NCBI GenBank assembly: GCA_002269645.1
Contig: NIVC01001403.1
Coordinates: forward strand, 62,001-126,000
DNA from: Macrostomum lignano
Lineage: Eukaryota
Direction: 5' to 3'
Length of the DNA stretch: 64,000 nt
Numbering within the stretch: the stretch's first letter is position 1; each line of letters begins with the position of its first letter. Under the pieces are notes generated by a model. That model had not been told where the DNA came from. It made no database searches and saw nothing but the letters and a program-made list of their open reading frames with translations. A program made the translations under genes and the position numbers. This document shows positions 58,342-64,000 of this stretch, one piece after another.

Positions 58342-58804
58342 GTATTTTAATCAGATTTATTATCTAAATTAACGATTGGCACTTAATTGCAATTGACTAC
58401 TATCAAATATTTGTAGCGCACTTAACAACATAATCTATTAGCTAAGCAAAAGATTTATATTAAGATTGTACATGTATTATTTCTTTAATTTAATCTGATG
58501 GGTTGTGTTTGTTTCGAAATCTGGTGACCAAGAACTTATTCAGATTTTTAGCGCTGCTCTGCACAAGTTGTCGCTTTCCTTCCTTTGGTGTCATTGTTTA
58601 CTAATTGTTAATTATTGTAATCCATACGATTACCAAATTTGTGTGTTAGATTAATTCCTGCTACCGGGCGTTTGATTGTCGCCTAGCTTAATTGGTTTGC
58701 CTTTAACATTGAGATGCCCATTTGCTACAGAGCAGTGTACATCGAATTCAGGAGGTCGCTACTACCTATTAAGGCATCTGTGTTTACAAGCACCAACCTC
58801 ATGG

Positions 58805-59205
58805 AACCTTAGATCTTCTCAGTGTCCTTTCCTACAAATGAGATCTCCCATTAGATCTCCTCAGTGTCCTTTCCTACAAATGAGATCTCCCATTAGATCT
58901 TCTCGGTGTCCTTTCCTACAAATGAGATCTCCCATTAGATCTTCTCGGTGTCCTTTCCTACAAATGAGATCTCCCATTAGATCTCCTCAGTGTCCTTTCC
59001 TACAAATGAGATCTCCCATTAGATCTCCTCAGTGTCCTTTCCTACAAATGAGATCTCCCATTAGATCTCCTCAGTGTCCTTTCCTACAAATGAGATCTCT
59101 CATTAGATCTCCCAGTGACGTTTCCTAGAAATGAGATCTCTCATTAGATCTCCCAGTGACGTTTCCTAGAAATGAGATCTCTCATTAGATCTCCCAGTGA
59201 CGTTT
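58805..59205. repeat. 42-bp minisatellite family B (ATGAGATCTCCCATTAGATCTTCTCAGTGTCCTTTCCTACAA), first array
   Basis: Direct periodicity. Confidence 0.92.
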
Positions 59206-59219
59206 CCTTGTCAAGCCCT

Positions 59220-60720
59220 ACACACCCCTTTCCATCCCTACCCCACTGTCCCCCACCTCACACCCTTTCAATTCCTACCCCATTGTCCTCCACCTCACAT
59301 CCTTTCCATTCTTACCCACTGTCCCCCACCTCACACCCTTTTCATTCCTACCCCACTGTCCCCCACCTCACACCCTTTCCATCTCTACCCCACTGTCCCC
59401 CCACCTCACACCCTTTCCATTCCTACCCACTGTCCTCCACCTCACATCCTTTCCATTCCTACCCACTGTCCTCCACCTCACATCCTTTCCATTCTTACCC
59501 ACTGTCCCCCACCTCACACCCTTTCCATCTCTACCCCACTGTCCCCCCACCTCACACCCTTTCCATTCCTACCCACTGTCCTCCACCTCACATCCTTTCC
59601 ATTCTTACCCACTGTCCCCCACCTCACACCCTTTCCATCTCTACCCCACTGTCCCCCCACCTCACACCCTTTCCATTCCTACCCACTGTCCTCCACCTCA
59701 CATCCTTTCCATTCCTACCCACTGTCCTCCACCTCACATCCTTTCCATTCTTACCCACTGTCCCCCACCTCACACCCTTTCCATCTCTACCCCACTGTCC
59801 CCCCACCTCACACCCTTTCCATTCCTACCCACTGTCCCCCACCTCACACCCTTTCCATTCTTACCCACTGTCCCCCACCTCACACCCTTTCCATCTCTAC
59901 CCCACTGTCCCCCCACCTCACACCCTTTCCATTCCTACCCACTGTCCCCCACCTCACACCCTTTCCATCTCTACCCCACTGTCACCCCACCTCACACCCT
60001 TTCCATCTCTACCCTACTGTCACCCCACCTCACACCCTTTCCATCTCTACCCCACTGTCACCCCACCTCACACCCTTTCCATCTCTACCCTACTGTCACC
60101 CCACCTCACACCCTTTCCATCTCTACCCCACTGTCACCCCACCTCACACCCTTTCCATCTCTACCCCACTGTCCCCCCACCTCACACCCTTTCCATTCCT
60201 ACCCACTGTCCTCCACCTCACATCCTTTCCATTCCTACCCACTGTCCTCCACCTCACATCCTTTCCATTCTTACCCACTGTCCCCCACCTCACACCCTTT
60301 CCATCTCTACCCCACTGTCCCCCCACCTCACACCCTTTCCATTCCTACCCACTGTCCCCCACCTCACACCCTTTCCATTCTTACCCACTGTCCCCCACCT
60401 CACACCCTTTCCATCTCTACCCCACTGTCCCCCCACCTCACACCCTTTCCATTCCTACCCACTGTCCCCCACCTCACACCCTTTCTATCTCTACCCCACT
60501 GTCACCCCACCTCACACCCTTTCCATCTCTACCCTACTGTCACCCCACCTCACACCCTTTCCATCTCTACCCCACTGTCCCCCCACCTCACACCCTTTCC
60601 ATCTCTACCCCACTGTCACCCCACCTCACACCCTTTTCATTCCTATCCCACTGTCCCCCACCTCATACTCTTTCCATTCCTACCCCACCCACTTCACACC
60701 CTTTCCATTCCTATCCCACT
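59220..60720. repeat. C-rich ~35-37-bp minisatellite (CCCACTGTCCCCCACCTCACACCCTTTCCATTCCTA) with higher-order structure
   Basis: Direct periodicity; identical 183-bp blocks at 59368, 59624 and 60144. Confidence 0.93.
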
Positions 60721-60832
60721 TGGCTCCACCTCACGCCATGTAGGATATCATATTTAAAAATCGATGCACAAACTAACTCATCTTTCATGTTGTTTACGCA
60801 TGTGTTTGCTATGCGCAATGGACAATTTTCAG

Positions 60833-60865
60833 GCATTAGATTTTTTCGCAAAGCAAAGCATCCGG
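60833..60865 (+). CDS. Candidate 33-nt adducin tail microexon (G-IRFFRKAKHP-G), phase 1-1
   Basis: TTTTCAG| acceptor and |GTAAGT donor; open and frame-preserving after the phase-1 exon 58282-58341. Confidence 0.6.
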
Positions 60866-61079
60866 GTAAGTCAAAACGCAGCAATCATGCAAAGAAACAT
60901 GCGAATCTACGTGAATATTCGGTGACTTTGTTATATAATACAATATACTACATTGCACATTCGCACATAAGCAAATAATTTAATGTATATAAGCTTTCCC
61001 ACTTAAACCAGCTCAATTATTTCCCGCCTAACTATTTAGCCGTGACTTTGAAAGACTTGCTGCTATAAAAACTTGCAAG

Positions 61080-61097
61080 GACCAGTAAAAACTCAGG
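61080..61097 (+). CDS. Candidate 18-nt adducin microexon (GPVKTQ), phase 1-1
   Basis: GCAAG| acceptor and |GTGAAC donor; weak splice sites. Confidence 0.25.
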
Positions 61098-61899
61098 GTG
61101 AACGTTTTCTGGTTTTGTATCTTTATCGCTGCCTACTGCGACTGTCAGCAATAGTTGGGGTATGTAGGTTTTTACTACACTGCAACACAGGCATTACATG
61201 GATCTGTGCCCATTTCCTTTTCTGTTATGCATTTAACGGGCTCTCTGGCCTGTGTCTGCAAAGTCAGTCAGTCCTACACGAATGTGCAGCAAGGGTTCCA
61301 GAGATCTTATTTTGACACTGCGCGTGTATGCTTGTTTATCTCTGTGTTTACAGACTGTTTGAGTTCTGTGTGTTATGAAACAATTTCATTCTGCGTGGAG
61401 GCAGCAGTCTGGACACGCATACTAATTTTCGTCATTGCACATGTGCGCCTGTTCTGTGCTGGTCTGCGCGCACAGAGCCGCAGGGCTGCAAGACCCGCTT
61501 TGCCCGTCTAAGAAGTGTGCGCGTGTGCGACGCTGGTGTTTGCTAATCTTCAATCTCGAACTTAAGAACTGTAGCTATTTGCAATGTGCTGTATTGTTAC
61601 TTGCTTTGTGCAACTTCGCAGTTTTGCGGCGAAGTCCGTCCGTCCATTTCTTGCTGGAGTATCCCCCCTCCCCAGTTCCAGTGCGCCAATTTTGAGGCTA
61701 ATTTTTTTTTTAATTCAGGCCTTCGTATTTATCGGCTTATAAGATGCAAGAATTGATTTGAAATATAGTCAGTTTAATCTCCTAGTCTTCTTGAGCTTTT
61801 CTAGGGCATTTCTTACACTATAGCGGGTTTCATTTCTTAGAAATCGGTTGTCTCGTATCTTCTCAGCGACCTTTTCTACAAAATAGGCCTCTCATTAGA

Positions 61900-63450
61900 T
61901 CTTCTCAGTAACTTTTTCTACAAATTAGATCTTCTCAGTGTCCTTTCCTACAAATGAGATCTCCCATTAGATCTTCTCAGTGTCCTTTCTTACAAATGAG
62001 ATCTCCCATTAGATCTTCTCAGTGTCCTTTCCTACAAATGAGATCTCCCATTAGATCTCCTCAGTGTCCTTTCCTACAAATGAGATCTCTCATTAGATCT
62101 TCTCAGTGTCCTTTCCTACAAATGAGATCTCCCATTAGATCTTCTCAGTGTCCTTTCCTACAAATGAGATCTCTCATTAGATCTTCTCAGTGTCCTTTCC
62201 TACAAATGAGATCTCCCATTAGATCTTCTCAGTGTCCTTTCCTACGAATGAGATCTCCCATTAGATCTTCTCAGTGTCCTTTCCTACAAATGAGATCTCC
62301 CATTAAATCTTCTCAGTGTCCTTTCCTACAAATGAGATCTCCCATTAGATCTTCTCAGTGTCCTTTCCTACGAATGAGATCTCCCATTAGACCTTCTCAG
62401 TGTCCTTTCCTATAAATGAGATCTCTCATTAGATCTCCTCGGTGTCCTTTCCTACAAATGAGATCTCCCATTAGATCTTCTCAGTGTCCTTTCCTACGAA
62501 TGAGATCTCCCATTAGACCTCAGTGTCCTTTCCTATAAATGAGAGATCTCCCATTAGATCTTCTCAGTGTCCTTTCCTACGAATGAGATCTCCCATTAGA
62601 CCTTCTCAGTGTCCTTTCCTATAAATGAGATCTCCCATTAGATCTTCTCAGTGTCCTTTCCTACAAATGAGATCTCTCATTAGATCTCCTCAGTGTCCTT
62701 TCCTACAAATGAGATCTCCCATTAGATCTTCTCAGTGTCCTTTCCTACAAATGAGATCTCTCATTAGATCTTCTCAGTGTCTTTCCTACAAATGAGATCT
62801 CCCATTAGATCTTCTCAGTGTCCTTTCCTACGAATGAGATCTCCCATTAGACCTCAGTGTCCTTTCCTATAAATGAGATCTCCCATTAGATCTTCTCAGT
62901 GTCCTTTCTTACAAATGAGATCTCCCATTAGATCTTCTCAGTGTCCTTTCCTACAAATGAGATCTCCCATTAGATCTCCTCAGTGTCCTTTCCTACAAAT
63001 GAGATCTCTCATTAGATCTTCTCAGTGTCCTTTCCTACAAATGAGATCTCCCATTAGATCTCCTCAGTGTCCTTTCCTACAAATGAGATCTCTCATTAGA
63101 TCTTCTCAGTGTCCTTTCCTACAAATGAGATCTCTCATTAGATCTTCTCAGTGTCCTTTCCTACAAATGAGATCTCCCATTAGATCTCCTCAGTGTCCTT
63201 TCCTACAAATGAGATCTCTCATTAGATCTTCTCAGTGTCCTTTCCTACAAATGAGATCTCCCATTAGATCTTCTCAGTGTCCTTTCCTACAAATGAGATC
63301 TCCCATTAGACCTTCTCAGTGTCCTTTCCTACAAATGAGATCTCCCATTAGATCTCCTCGGTGTCCTTTCCTACAAATGAGATCTCTCATTAGATCTTCT
63401 CAGTGTCCTTTCCTACAAATGAGATCTCTCATTAGATATCCGAGTGACGT
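61900..63450. repeat. 42-bp minisatellite family B, second array (about 36 copies)
   Basis: Same unit and orientation as 58805-59205. Confidence 0.95.
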
Positions 63451-63614
63451 TTCCTAGATACCTAATCTCATGGTGTATCTTCGCTGCTTTCTGTTCTTAG
63501 AAATCACGTCTCATGACTTGCTCTAGTAGTATAGTTTCGAGCTGATTGCTCACCTTCCTTTCTTAGCAGTAGGATCTTAAATTATATTTTTTGGTCTTCT
63601 TTAGTTCCCCACAG

Positions 63615-63655
63615 GCGTTAGCAATACTACATCAGCTGTAGATACTAAAGGCTAG
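63615..63655 (+). CDS. Candidate terminal adducin exon (G-VSNTTSAVDTKG*)
   Basis: Long pyrimidine tract and CCCCACAG| acceptor; phase 1 gives an in-frame TAG at 63653-63655. Confidence 0.45.
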
Positions 63656-64000
63656 AGATTGTTTTTATACGACACGTCAGACTGTCTGGGCAGTGCACTC
63701 GAGCTTAGATATCTGAATGCACAGCTAGAGTTTATCTAATTCTAGGCCTTAGCTGAAGGATTTTACAAGCTATAGAACGGATTACAAGGAAAGAGTTATG
63801 AGCTGAACTCGCGGGCACTAGCTAGTGCAATTGCTCATGCTCACATGCAGCAATTGCCTGTCAGTCAGCCAGCTCATTTCTCCTTTCCCCCGCCCTGCCC
63901 CCATAAGTACACGGCCTCTAATAGCTTTTCTTCCCACTCTCCCCGTTTTTGTGCCTATGAATCCCGACTAGCCTTAGTCAGCTGTCTACGCCTCGCGCAT

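Noticed and set aside
58729-58755. Extra adducin exon after TTGCTACAG|
   Set aside because: Only a weak donor (GTCGCT) is available and there is no motif support.
59172-60978. 523-aa and 593-aa Pro/His/Thr-rich ORFs
   Set aside because: They are translations of the C-rich intronic satellite, open only because the unit lacks stop codons.

Overview
Eukaryotic (metazoan) genomic DNA. GC-rich exons with poly-Ala/Gln tracts and introns almost entirely filled by minisatellites suggest a Macrostomum-type flatworm, but this is an inference. Positions 1-38.7 kb hold six head-to-tail minus-strand genes that I reconstructed exon by exon with consistent splice phases: BACE, SDF4/Cab45, ARP2, Ral, an intronless OLA1/YchF and a 9-exon, ~1058-aa protein whose C-terminus resembles the HUSH subunit TASOR. 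Positions 38.7-52.6 kb are an AT-rich, largely CpG-depleted block of nested inverted-repeat elements plus a LINE 3' fragment. Positions 53.1-63.7 kb hold a plus-strand adducin. Best leads: (1) Ral has two mutually exclusive CAAX terminal exons, polybasic versus cysteine-rich, like KRAS4B/4A; (2) a TASOR-like gene sits beside a CpG-eroded transposon graveyard; (3) one intronic minisatellite is bounded by TIRs and a TAA target duplication, so it is a satellite-carrying MITE; (4) the co-oriented gene run has a splice acceptor just upstream of every ATG, as expected for a trans-spliced operon; (5) satellite GC skew follows gene orientation. Most long ORFs in the supplied track are repeat artefacts. 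All homology calls come from remembered family motifs, not database searches.
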